Source of the DNA: Geobacter metallireducens GS-15 | GTDB taxonomy: Bacteria > Desulfobacterota > Desulfuromonadia > Geobacterales > Geobacteraceae | Length of the DNA: 32,000 nt | Assembly (NCBI RefSeq): GCF_000012925.1 | Contig: NC_007517.1 | Location: 3,150,001 to 3,182,000 of the forward strand | Direction of reading: 5' to 3' | Part shown: in pieces, positions 9,263-17,885 of the stretch | Numbering within the stretch: the stretch's first letter is position 1 | How the letters are laid out: each line of letters opens with the position of its first letter | Made by a program: the position numbers and the translations under genes | Notes under the pieces: model-generated | The model's database searches: none | Seen by the model: only the letters and a program-made list of their open reading frames with translations | What the model was told of the DNA's origin: nothing

Positions 9263-9595
9263 GGGCAGGTCTTTTACTTTCTACTGTCAGCCATTATGGC
9301 TAGAGCAGCATCAACCGCTAACGTCAAATCAGCTTCTTCAGGCTCAGGTATATTCGCACCTTTATCGGCCAGCAGTTTCCTGACCCACGTTAAAATCTCT
9401 TTTGCAATGTTACAGGTTAAAGTAGTGACATCTTCTCGGGGCGGATTAAACTCCTTAACCGCACCTTTGCTGTCGATGCGTCGCAAAGGACCGATGATGA
9501 AGTTCTTAGTCCCTTGTCCTGCATTAATCATTTGGGAGCCATCATGCGTTGTAGCATTTCGGCAGTAGAAGATGAACTTGCCGTAGGTTGGAGAG

Positions 9596-9601
9596 ATTTG
9601 C
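9596..9601. repeat. target-site duplication ATTTGC (left copy) of the IS21 insertion
   Basis: The identical hexamer ATTTGC directly abuts both IS termini (9596-9601 and 11578-11583). Confidence 0.8.
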
Positions 9602-9673
9602 TGTCAACGGCAATCGAAAATTGACCCACTTTACCGGTTGATCGGCAATTGAAAAATGACCCACCTTCCTGGG

Positions 9674-11508
<1,835 letters not shown>

Positions 11509-11577
11509 CTAGGTTATCAGGAAGAGTGGGTCAATTTTCAATTTCCGAGGTGGGTCATTTTTACATTGCCGCTAACA

Positions 11578-11583
11578 ATTTGC
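11578..11583. repeat. target-site duplication ATTTGC (right copy) of the IS21 insertion
   Basis: See 9596-9601. Confidence 0.8.
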
Positions 11584-11840
11584 TCCCAAGTGACATTGGC
11601 ACCCATCGAAGTCTGGCAGGCATCCTTTATTGCTTGGATTGAGTTCAGATAAGCGCTGAAAAAGTAGTTGAGCCTGTCTAGCTCAATGTTGATAGGGTAG
11701 TTCTGGGCGACATGCTTTCGTTCGATGATCCTTGAGACCCCAACAATCTGGTCTAGAAAAAAGCCCATTTCCCCTATCTTACCGCTCAAATTACTGGCGA
11801 CTGCAATTCGGTGTCGCTGCATTTATGCGTCCTCGATCCC

Positions 11841-11901
11841 TCATAACGGGTTACCGCTGAGCCGCGAGCGTCAGCGAGGCGGCTCTAGTGGTGTGTTGGG
11901 T
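11841..11901 (-). other. attC site of cassette 4
   Basis: Minus strand: ACCCAAC-AC-ACCACTAGAGCCGC-CTCGCTGACGCTC-GCGGCTCAGCGGT-AACCC-GTTATGA, 61 nt. R'' fits RYYYAAC perfectly. The stem is near-perfect with one bulged base. R'' and the 5' arm overlap the last codons and stop of the cassette gene, as is common for cassettes. Confidence 0.6.
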
Positions 11902-12596
11902 GTCGCCTTATGAATCATGAAGCCTACAACTGCATTATCAATGACCTTACTCTCGCTCGTATTCCAGGGACTTCCTTGGAACCTATGAATTGCCTCTGCA
12001 TTTCGTCTCGCAATTTCAGCCATTGCTGTGAACATTTCGATGAATGCTCTCTCCTCCGGGATGCTGAGGCTCTTTCTGTCATAGAAAAAATTGAAAGTGT
12101 ACTCTCGATCAATCGGAGGAAGCAGACAAGGAATAACATGATGCAAGGCTTTTGAATTCGCTACAATCTGTGCTTCGGCAATGCTTACTCTCAAGGAAGT
12201 TAGAACCCTCCAGACCTTTTCTGCAGTCTTTCGAATATTCTCTCGCGGAAGAGTTAACAACGACAACTTTGAGAGGTCTGAAATGGCTTGTAATTGCAGA
12301 TTAAAGCTTTCCTTTATCTCTTCAATGTCTCGCAACTTCGCGTTGCCCGGCCCCATTCGGTGCAGCCCCCAGGATGTGAGCGTTGCGTATAGATATTCGA
12401 AAAAAGTGTGATCGGCAAACAGTGCTTCTATCGACGGAGCGTCATTTCTTGCTTGGATTGTTTTTTCATGGAAATACCAGCAAGGGCCTGTAAAGCGGCC
12501 ACTTTGGGTAAAAACTGTCACGTAAGAATCGAAATCAGCTACCAACTCCTCGACTCTAGTTGCAATTCTTGCAGTGACCTTCTCGCTACTTCCCAT
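11871..12596 (-). CDS. hypothetical protein (cassette 4), 241 aa, no family recognised
   Basis: ORF 11871..12632. Start taken at MGSSEKV (12596), because the longer form would read through the attC R' box. AT-rich. Bounded by attC sites on both sides. Confidence 0.75.
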   Translation of the reverse strand: MGSSEKVTARIATRVEELVADFDSYVTVFTQSGRFTGPCWYFHEKTIQARNDAPSIEALFADHTFFEYLYATLTSWGLHRMGPGNAKLRDIEEIKESFNLQLQAISDLSKLSLLTLPRENIRKTAEKVWRVLTSLRVSIAEAQIVANSKALHHVIPCLLPPIDREYTFNFFYDRKSLSIPEERAFIEMFTAMAEIARRNAEAIHRFQGSPWNTSESKVIDNAVVGFMIHKATPNTPLEPPR

Positions 12597-12611
12597 GCCT
12601 TTTTCCTTTTC

Positions 12612-12674
12612 ACCCAACGTCACAAGGCGCACCGGCGAAGCGTAGCGGAGACCGCGTGCCGCCGCATGTTGGCA
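12612..12674 (-). other. attC site of cassette 3
   Basis: Minus strand, starting immediately after the TGA stop: TGCCAAC-(49 nt GC-rich imperfect palindrome)-GTTGGGT, 63 nt. R' fits GTTRRRY perfectly. CCAAC pairs with GTTGG. The next start codon is 16 nt downstream of R'. Confidence 0.6.
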
Positions 12675-14738
12675 TCATCTCTTCGCCTTCTCTTCAAGAA
12701 TTTCGTCGATATGTCTGAATACAAGGCCACTTAAAGGGTTGAGAACCATATCAAAAAGCGGGTTAGCAACAATTTGGATGCCCTTCTTCAAATATCTAGA
12801 CAAAAATAAATCAAATTCATGGTCCGTTTTCAGGATCTCTATTTTATATTCTGGCAGTTCTATCCCAGCTTTAGACCAGTTAGATAAGTATGTTTTTAAT
12901 TTTAATGGATTATTTAAAATAAATATTGCGTTTTCAATTATAATTGGCTGACTAGTTTCTAAATCTAGTAATATAAATAGAGGAGCATAGTAATTTGTGA
13001 AGCGATCATAGGCTTTTTCAATCGCTAGTGTGTATTTCACTGCTTCAGCATCAATGCATTCAATACACTCTTCATCCTCATCTTTCATCTTTATAGCAAC
13101 CGAGTAAGAGCTAAATGTTTCATTATTTGAAGTATAACAACTGGGATCGCCTTTAATCCTGGCCTTCTCGAATTGCATGTTAAAAAAATCTGCTCTTTTT
13201 GTAGCAGACTCCAGCGTTTCTCTCACTACCTTGCTACGATGATGAACATATTTCGAGCTTCCATCTTCAAGGTTGATTTTTACACAGTAATTACCTTTAA
13301 ATTCACCATGCCCTTCAGGGTTCCACCCCATAAACATAATCTGATTTAGCTTGCCCTCCAAAGATCCAAACATAGCTTGTCCGGTTTGGATAAACTCAAA
13401 CCACGTTTTGTAGTCAAAATCTTTCAAATAATCATACTCGTCAAACACTTCGGCCTTGATTCCCCCCAAGACTCTATCTAGTGGACTTAAGCATTTTTTG
13501 TGAACAAGCCCCAGAGCATGCTCTGCTCCGATCTCGTCAATCTCCACTAAGGGCGCACCATTTTCTGAAATGGAGTCCCCGCAGTGGAGGCATCTTAAAG
13601 GTTGATCATTGCCTTTTCGGATGTCCTCGCAATAGTCGCCATAAGCAAGTGCGAATGGTGAATTCTCAATATCCTCCTCAGTATTTATGGGCAAGAAGCC
13701 GATGTTCTTGTCTTTGAATTCATCAGCGCGTTCTTCGATATATCTTTCTATACCCGAATATGTTGAAGCTCTCGACAAAACATTCCATGTACTGCCATTA
13801 AGCAACTCACATAAGTTGTCGTGAAACTTAACTTTTTTGCTACCAGAATCATCAAATCTGATTAATTCAACAACTAAAAAGTCCTGGCCGTCAATAAATG
13901 ACTCAACGAGGAGAACCTCTCTTCCGCTAGAAATTTTACCGGGGCTCATTTCGATCTTAAAAAAATCCTGTTCCACCGCATGTTTTTTTTCGGGAGTTAA
14001 CGTGCCTATATAATTTCCAAGCTTGGATTCAAGGCCGGATTTGTTTATTGATTGTCTAGCGGATGCTAAAGAGAGGGCTAAAGAAATAGTAGCTGAGAAA
14101 AATAGTTCGGGCTTAACTCTGCTCTTGCTTGTGAGAATAGTAAGAATTGCACCCTCAAGAGGCATGCCTTGCTGTACATCAGCAATGGCAACATACGTTT
14201 TACTCAAAATGTCAGATATGGTTGTGTCAGCTATATTATTATTTGTAATTTCTAGGTATGACGTACTGATACAATTCTTTACCTTGGTATATACGTCTTC
14301 TTCAGATTTATTAAGTGGGTTGTCTTTAAAGCCAGTATCATTTAACCGGATACTTTCTAAAATCTTTCGAAGCTCTTGCTTGATTTTTGATGATGAACCT
14401 GAAGATGTTGCCAGAACAAATTTATGTCCACCAGATGGGTCCTGTAAAAATTGATTTACAAATTGATGAACAGTTTTCATAAATTCTGAGTCTGAACTAT
14501 CAGACATACTAATGTTACGTTTTGCCTGGACGTACAAATTGCCTGTAGTCGTTTTTACAACCATATCATCAACATATGACGAAGATTCAAAGGAAACTTC
14601 TGTAATGGCATGAACTCCATCTAGTCCAATCCCTGACAATGTTTCTATGTCAAGTAGCATTTGGATCAAAAAGTAAGCTGCAAGTCTTTGTTGATAATCA
14701 ATCCCTGTATTAGTTGCTGCTCCGCCACCATTTGACAT
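12675..14738 (-). CDS. 687-aa protein (cassette 3): N-terminal DUF4297/Cap4-like PD-(D/E)xK nuclease motif followed by a large uncharacterised region
   Basis: ORF 12675..14840. Start taken at MSNGGGAATNTGIDYQQ (14738), because the upstream 34 codons run through the GC-rich attC. N-terminus: GIDYQQRLAAYFLIQML...EVSFESSSYVDDMVVKTTTGNLYVQAKR, an E...DD...QxK arrangement as I recall for DUF4297. Very AT-rich, uninterrupted 2 kb frame. Confidence 0.85.
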   Translation of the reverse strand: MSNGGGAATNTGIDYQQRLAAYFLIQMLLDIETLSGIGLDGVHAITEVSFESSSYVDDMVVKTTTGNLYVQAKRNISMSDSSDSEFMKTVHQFVNQFLQDPSGGHKFVLATSSGSSSKIKQELRKILESIRLNDTGFKDNPLNKSEEDVYTKVKNCISTSYLEITNNNIADTTISDILSKTYVAIADVQQGMPLEGAILTILTSKSRVKPELFFSATISLALSLASARQSINKSGLESKLGNYIGTLTPEKKHAVEQDFFKIEMSPGKISSGREVLLVESFIDGQDFLVVELIRFDDSGSKKVKFHDNLCELLNGSTWNVLSRASTYSGIERYIEERADEFKDKNIGFLPINTEEDIENSPFALAYGDYCEDIRKGNDQPLRCLHCGDSISENGAPLVEIDEIGAEHALGLVHKKCLSPLDRVLGGIKAEVFDEYDYLKDFDYKTWFEFIQTGQAMFGSLEGKLNQIMFMGWNPEGHGEFKGNYCVKINLEDGSSKYVHHRSKVVRETLESATKRADFFNMQFEKARIKGDPSCYTSNNETFSSYSVAIKMKDEDEECIECIDAEAVKYTLAIEKAYDRFTNYYAPLFILLDLETSQPIIIENAIFILNNPLKLKTYLSNWSKAGIELPEYKIEILKTDHEFDLFLSRYLKKGIQIVANPLFDMVLNPLSGLVFRHIDEILEEKAKR

Positions 14739-14761
14739 GCGTGTTCCCTTTATTAAATTTT

Positions 14762-14834
14762 GCACAACGGCTTGCGCCCTTGACCCGCCCGGGGCGCTTC
14801 TCAGCCCCGGTCGGTGTCCAAGGGCCTGTTGGAC
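14762..14834 (-). other. attC site of cassette 2 (clearest example)
   Basis: Minus strand: GTCCAAC-AGG-CCCTTGGACACCGACCGGGGC-TGAGAAGC-GCCCCGGGCGGGTCAAGGG-CGCAAGCC-GTTGTGC, 73 nt. R'' fits RYYYAAC perfectly and R' has one mismatch to GTTRRRY. The arms pair (CCCTTG with CAAGGG, CGGGGC with GCCCCG) with extrahelical bases. It is a GC-rich island between two AT-rich genes. Confidence 0.7.
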
Positions 14835-14855
14835 GTCCATCCTGCCTGTGGATTA

Positions 14856-15299
14856 CTATCTGTATTGTCTCTCATCCTTTTGCAATTGGATTACTTCTGG
14901 ATGCAATCGGCAAAAAGAAACCAAATGATTTGTAAGTCGATCATATAAATCATCTTCAATGTAAGGAAGATCTGCCTTCTGTAGATCATTTTCTAATTCA
15001 TCTGGTGGTATGAAGTTCTTTAGCCGTGCAAGATCGTTTGCAATTTCTGCTCTTGTCTCTTTTGAAAAGCGTTCTTCGTTCCCAAGTTTATTTTGAAGGA
15101 AATCAATAAACATCTCAAAACTGTAGTCCCAATTTATGTTTCCATTTTCCTGGGCCTCCCACCGTAGTTTCTCGATGGCACGAAGAATTTCTCCTTGAAC
15201 AGTGTCGGCTTGTCCGGACTTGGGCACAAGATTCTTCCAAATCCACCGTGCTATTTCGAAATCGGAATCAGTGAGATCGATAAAGTTTTTTTCTGTCAT
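14856..15299 (-). CDS. hypothetical acidic protein (cassette 2), 147 aa
   Basis: ORF 14856..15314. ATG at 15299 (MTEKNFIDL) is preferred over the upstream TTG, which is part of a GTTGGAC box. AT-rich. No family recognised. Confidence 0.7.
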   Translation of the reverse strand: MTEKNFIDLTDSDFEIARWIWKNLVPKSGQADTVQGEILRAIEKLRWEAQENGNINWDYSFEMFIDFLQNKLGNEERFSKETRAEIANDLARLKNFIPPDELENDLQKADLPYIEDDLYDRLTNHLVSFCRLHPEVIQLQKDERQYR

Positions 15300-15337
15300 G
15301 TTTTCCTCGTCCAACTCATTATTGAGCAGTTAGAGTC

Positions 15338-15403
15338 TGGTTTATGACAATATAAACATGTTTCTAGTATTAGAAATAAGTTTATATATCCATAAACCTC
15401 CAT
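15338..15403. repeat. AT-rich imperfect palindrome between cassettes 1 and 2
   Basis: GGTTTATGACAATATAAAC (15338-15356) and GTTTATATATCCATAAACC (15385-15403) are reverse complements apart from 3 central bases, with a 28-nt spacer. A perfect GTTRRRY box (GTTGGAC on the minus strand, 15309-15315) lies just before the next start codon. Confidence 0.5.
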
Positions 15404-15427
15404 TGTTTATATTATTATAAGCCACGT

Positions 15428-15790
15428 CTATTTAGCAGTGTTCATCCTGGTTTCTACTACTATTAACTTTTCCAGTTTCGTACCAGCGATACACCCATAC
15501 CTGACGAACCAAACCTGCTGCGCCCGATCCCATCGCCCACCTAATACTCTCACCTGTTCCTGTAATGCCTTTTCTGTCACCCCGACCCGCAGCGGTACCA
15601 GTGCGCTTTCAGGATATTTTGGTGGCGGTGGCGTCCAGTCAGTCTCGCTTACAATGAGCTCGACGGTCTTCACCTGCTTGCGTTTTTCAACGTCATACCG
15701 GTAACGGACGCAAACCAGAGAATCACCGTATTGCGCCAGCAATTTCTTGGTTCCTTTCTGCCCCGGTTTCAGTTTTACCCGCGCATTCAT
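15428..15790 (-). CDS. hypothetical basic protein (attI-proximal cassette 1), 120 aa
   Basis: ORF 15428..15811. Start at MNARVKLKPGQKGTK (15790) with GGAG upstream. The C-terminal LGGRWDRAQQVWFV resembles, from memory, the (A/G)(R/K)WD...W motif of DUF5710-type domains. That resemblance is low-confidence. Confidence 0.7.
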   Translation of the reverse strand: MNARVKLKPGQKGTKKLLAQYGDSLVCVRYRYDVEKRKQVKTVELIVSETDWTPPPPKYPESALVPLRVGVTEKALQEQVRVLGGRWDRAQQVWFVRYGCIAGTKLEKLIVVETRMNTAK

Positions 15791-15823
15791 TTTTTCTCCA
15801 GATGCTCTCATGAATTTTTGTGT

Positions 15824-15851
15824 CTTATAGCACGAATATCAGCCTCCACAA
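15824..15851 (-). promoter_or_regulatory. candidate cassette promoter (TTGTGG-16 nt-TATAAG on the minus strand)
   Basis: -35 at 15846-15851 and -10 at 15824-15829, reading toward cassette 1 and placed between attI and the first cassette gene. Motif match only. Confidence 0.3.
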
Positions 15852-15873
15852 AGAGACTTTATGAGAACTTTCT

Positions 15874-15890
15874 ATTTAACACCGTAACCC
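15874..15890 (-). other. candidate attI core (GGGTTACGGTGTTAAAT on the minus strand)
   Basis: About 60-75 nt upstream of the intI start. Two GTTA-type boxes are present: GTTACGG, and GTTAAAT, which fits GTTRRRY. This resembles the arrangement of integrase-binding sites in attI1. The crossover point is not verifiable here. Confidence 0.3.
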
Positions 15891-15948
15891 GCGCCGCGCT
15901 AAGTTTGCCACCGATCTGCTTGTATTTTTCACTTTCTGGGGATGGCTC

Positions 15949-17298
15949 ATGATTCAAGTCCCGCGTGATACGATGGCCCGGTTCGAGGCTGTTCTCAAGA
16001 GGAAGGGAATGCCGCTCGGCAGCTTTGGGGATTACAGGAAATGGCTGCGCTATTATTTCGATTTTTCGTCAAAATATCCTGAATCTCGAGGCAGGTCTGA
16101 ACAGGTTCGCAAGTTTCTGGAAAAGTTGCGTGACAAGAATCAGTCCGAGGCACAACGAAGACAGGCGGCCCATGCGATCTCACTGTATTTTGAGATGCAG
16201 CGGGAGGAGGAGCCGCCGCAGTGTAATGAAATTCCATCCTCTCCTCCCCAACGATCAACCTGTATTGTTCCACAGTCTCCTCCCCGTCAACGCAAATCAT
16301 ATTACTCCGAGGCCGGCTATCAGGAAAAATCCGATTCCCCCGAATGGGACGAGGTGCTGGGCAAACTGGCGGCCGAGATCAAGGTGCGCCACTATTCCCG
16401 CAAGACCCTGAAAACCTACGCCTTATGGTCGCGAAAATTTCAGCGGTTCCTGAAGAACAAGCCTCCGCAAGAGCTTTCAACCGCCGATGTGAAGGAGTAC
16501 CTGACCTACCTGGCGGTAAAGTGCAATGTCGCGGCTTCGACCCAGAACCAGGCGTTCAATTCGCTGCTATTCCTCTTCCGCCACGGTTTGAAGCGGGAAT
16601 TCGGCGAACTGCGCGATGTGCCGCGGGCGAAGAAGTCCCTGTATGTGCCGGTGGTGCTCTCCCGCGAGGAGATCGACGCCATTCTGAAGCATCTGTCCCA
16701 TCCGTTCAGCCTGGTGGTGAACCTGCTCTTCGGCTGCGGCCTGAGGCTGTTCGAGTGTCTGCAGTTGCGGGTGCGGGATTTCAATTTCGATGCCGTCGTC
16801 CTGACGGTGCATGGCAAGGGGAAAAAGGACCGGACCGTGCCGCTGCCGGAGGCGATCCTTCCGGAGCTGACGGCACAGATTGAACGGGTGAAGGCTTTAC
16901 ACGAAAAGGATCTTGCAGCGGGATACGCGGGGGTGTTCCTCGACGACGCCGTGGAGAAGAAGTATCCCCATGCCCCGAAGGAGCTGATCCACCAGTGGTT
17001 CTTTCCGCAGCAGTCGTTGACGCTGGTGGAGGAAACCGGGGAACTGAGACGCTATCATCTCCACGAGTCCCTGTTGCAGGAGGCTCTGTACGTGGCCGTG
17101 CGCAGGGCGAAGATACCCAAGCGGGTCACGGCCCACACCTTCCGGCATTCCTACGCGACCCACCTCTTGCAAGCCAATTACGATATCCGCACCATCCAGA
17201 CCAAGCTGGGACACGCAAGCCTCAAAACAACCATGATCTATACCCACTGCGTGCCGGTCCGGACGGTGAAGGAGGCGAAAAGCCCGCTGGATTTCTAG
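15949..17298 (+). CDS. intI: integron integrase (IntI-type tyrosine recombinase) with a ~130-aa N-terminal extension
   Basis: 449 aa. Catalytic residues are in place: GCGLRLFECLQLR (Arg), HGKGKKDR (Lys), HTFRHSYATHLL (His-x-x-Arg), MIYTHC (Tyr). It carries the IntI-specific insertion between patches II and III: GVFLDDAVEKKYPHAPKELIHQWFFPQQSLTLVEETGELRRYHLHESLLQ. From memory, IntI1 has LPDALERKYPRAG..W.WFWVF........SG..RRHH at this position. DIRTIQTKLGH...TTMIYTH also matches. Confidence 0.85.
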   Translation: MIQVPRDTMARFEAVLKRKGMPLGSFGDYRKWLRYYFDFSSKYPESRGRSEQVRKFLEKLRDKNQSEAQRRQAAHAISLYFEMQREEEPPQCNEIPSSPPQRSTCIVPQSPPRQRKSYYSEAGYQEKSDSPEWDEVLGKLAAEIKVRHYSRKTLKTYALWSRKFQRFLKNKPPQELSTADVKEYLTYLAVKCNVAASTQNQAFNSLLFLFRHGLKREFGELRDVPRAKKSLYVPVVLSREEIDAILKHLSHPFSLVVNLLFGCGLRLFECLQLRVRDFNFDAVVLTVHGKGKKDRTVPLPEAILPELTAQIERVKALHEKDLAAGYAGVFLDDAVEKKYPHAPKELIHQWFFPQQSLTLVEETGELRRYHLHESLLQEALYVAVRRAKIPKRVTAHTFRHSYATHLLQANYDIRTIQTKLGHASLKTTMIYTHCVPVRTVKEAKSPLDF

Positions 17299-17299
17299 C

Positions 17300-17881
17300 T
17301 CACACCCTTCCCAGATCGAGCCACTTTTCCGCCACCGGCGGCCGGTAGGCGCGGAAGCGCTCTAGCAGCGCATCGGGGCGTTCTTCCACGACGATCATCT
17401 CCCGGAGCTCCTTCTTGACGAATCCCTCGGCCACGGTGTGATCGAGAAACGCGGTCAGCCGGTCGTAGTACCCCGCCACGTTCAAGAGGCCGTACGGCTT
17501 GGCGTGGATGCCGAGCTGTGCCCAGGTGACCACTTCGAAAAACTCGTCGAAAGTCCCCATGCCGCCGGGAAGGGCGACAAAGCCGTCGGCCAGCCCGGCC
17601 ATGAGGGCCTTGCGCTCATGCATGGTCTCCACCACGTGGAGGGCCGAGAGCCCGGGGTGGGCGATCTCCTTGGCCTCCAGGCAGCGGGGGATGACGCCGA
17701 TCACCTCGCCGCCGGCTGCCAGGGCCGCGTCGGCCGCGGCCGTCATGAGGCCGATACTCGACCCGCCGTAGACGAGGCCGATCCCCTCCCGGGCCAGAAG
17801 CCGGCCCATCGCCTCGGCGGCGGCGCGATAGACGGGGTTCCTGCCGGGGCTGGAACCGCAGAAGACGCAGATACGTTTCAT
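17300..17881 (-). CDS. LOG-family (TIGR00730) cytokinin riboside 5'-monophosphate phosphoribohydrolase-like protein
   Basis: ORF 17300..18196. Start at MKRICVFCGSS (17881) with GGGAGG upstream. Motifs GGSSIGLM and PGGMGTFDE. Confidence 0.85.
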   Translation of the reverse strand: MKRICVFCGSSPGRNPVYRAAAEAMGRLLAREGIGLVYGGSSIGLMTAAADAALAAGGEVIGVIPRCLEAKEIAHPGLSALHVVETMHERKALMAGLADGFVALPGGMGTFDEFFEVVTWAQLGIHAKPYGLLNVAGYYDRLTAFLDHTVAEGFVKKELREMIVVEERPDALLERFRAYRPPVAEKWLDLGRV

Positions 17882-17885
17882 GGTG

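Noticed and set aside
12739-14454. Plus-strand ORFs inside the AT-rich cassette (12739..12951, 13481..13717, 14023..14454).
   Set aside because: They are short, lie antisense to an uninterrupted 2 kb frame with a recognisable nuclease motif, and have no RBS or motif support.
12675-14738. Calling the 687-aa protein a CBASS Cap4 or Lamassu LmuA effector.
   Set aside because: No CD-NTase, recognisable SAVED domain or SMC-like LmuB gene is present, and attC sites isolate the gene on both sides. Only the nuclease-domain resemblance is retained.
14739-14840. Longer N-termini offered by the ORF track for cassette genes (12675..14840, 11871..12632, 14856..15314).
   Set aside because: The extra codons read straight through the GC-rich attC palindromes or R' boxes. 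Internal ATGs with AG-rich RBS-like sequences lie just downstream of each attC.
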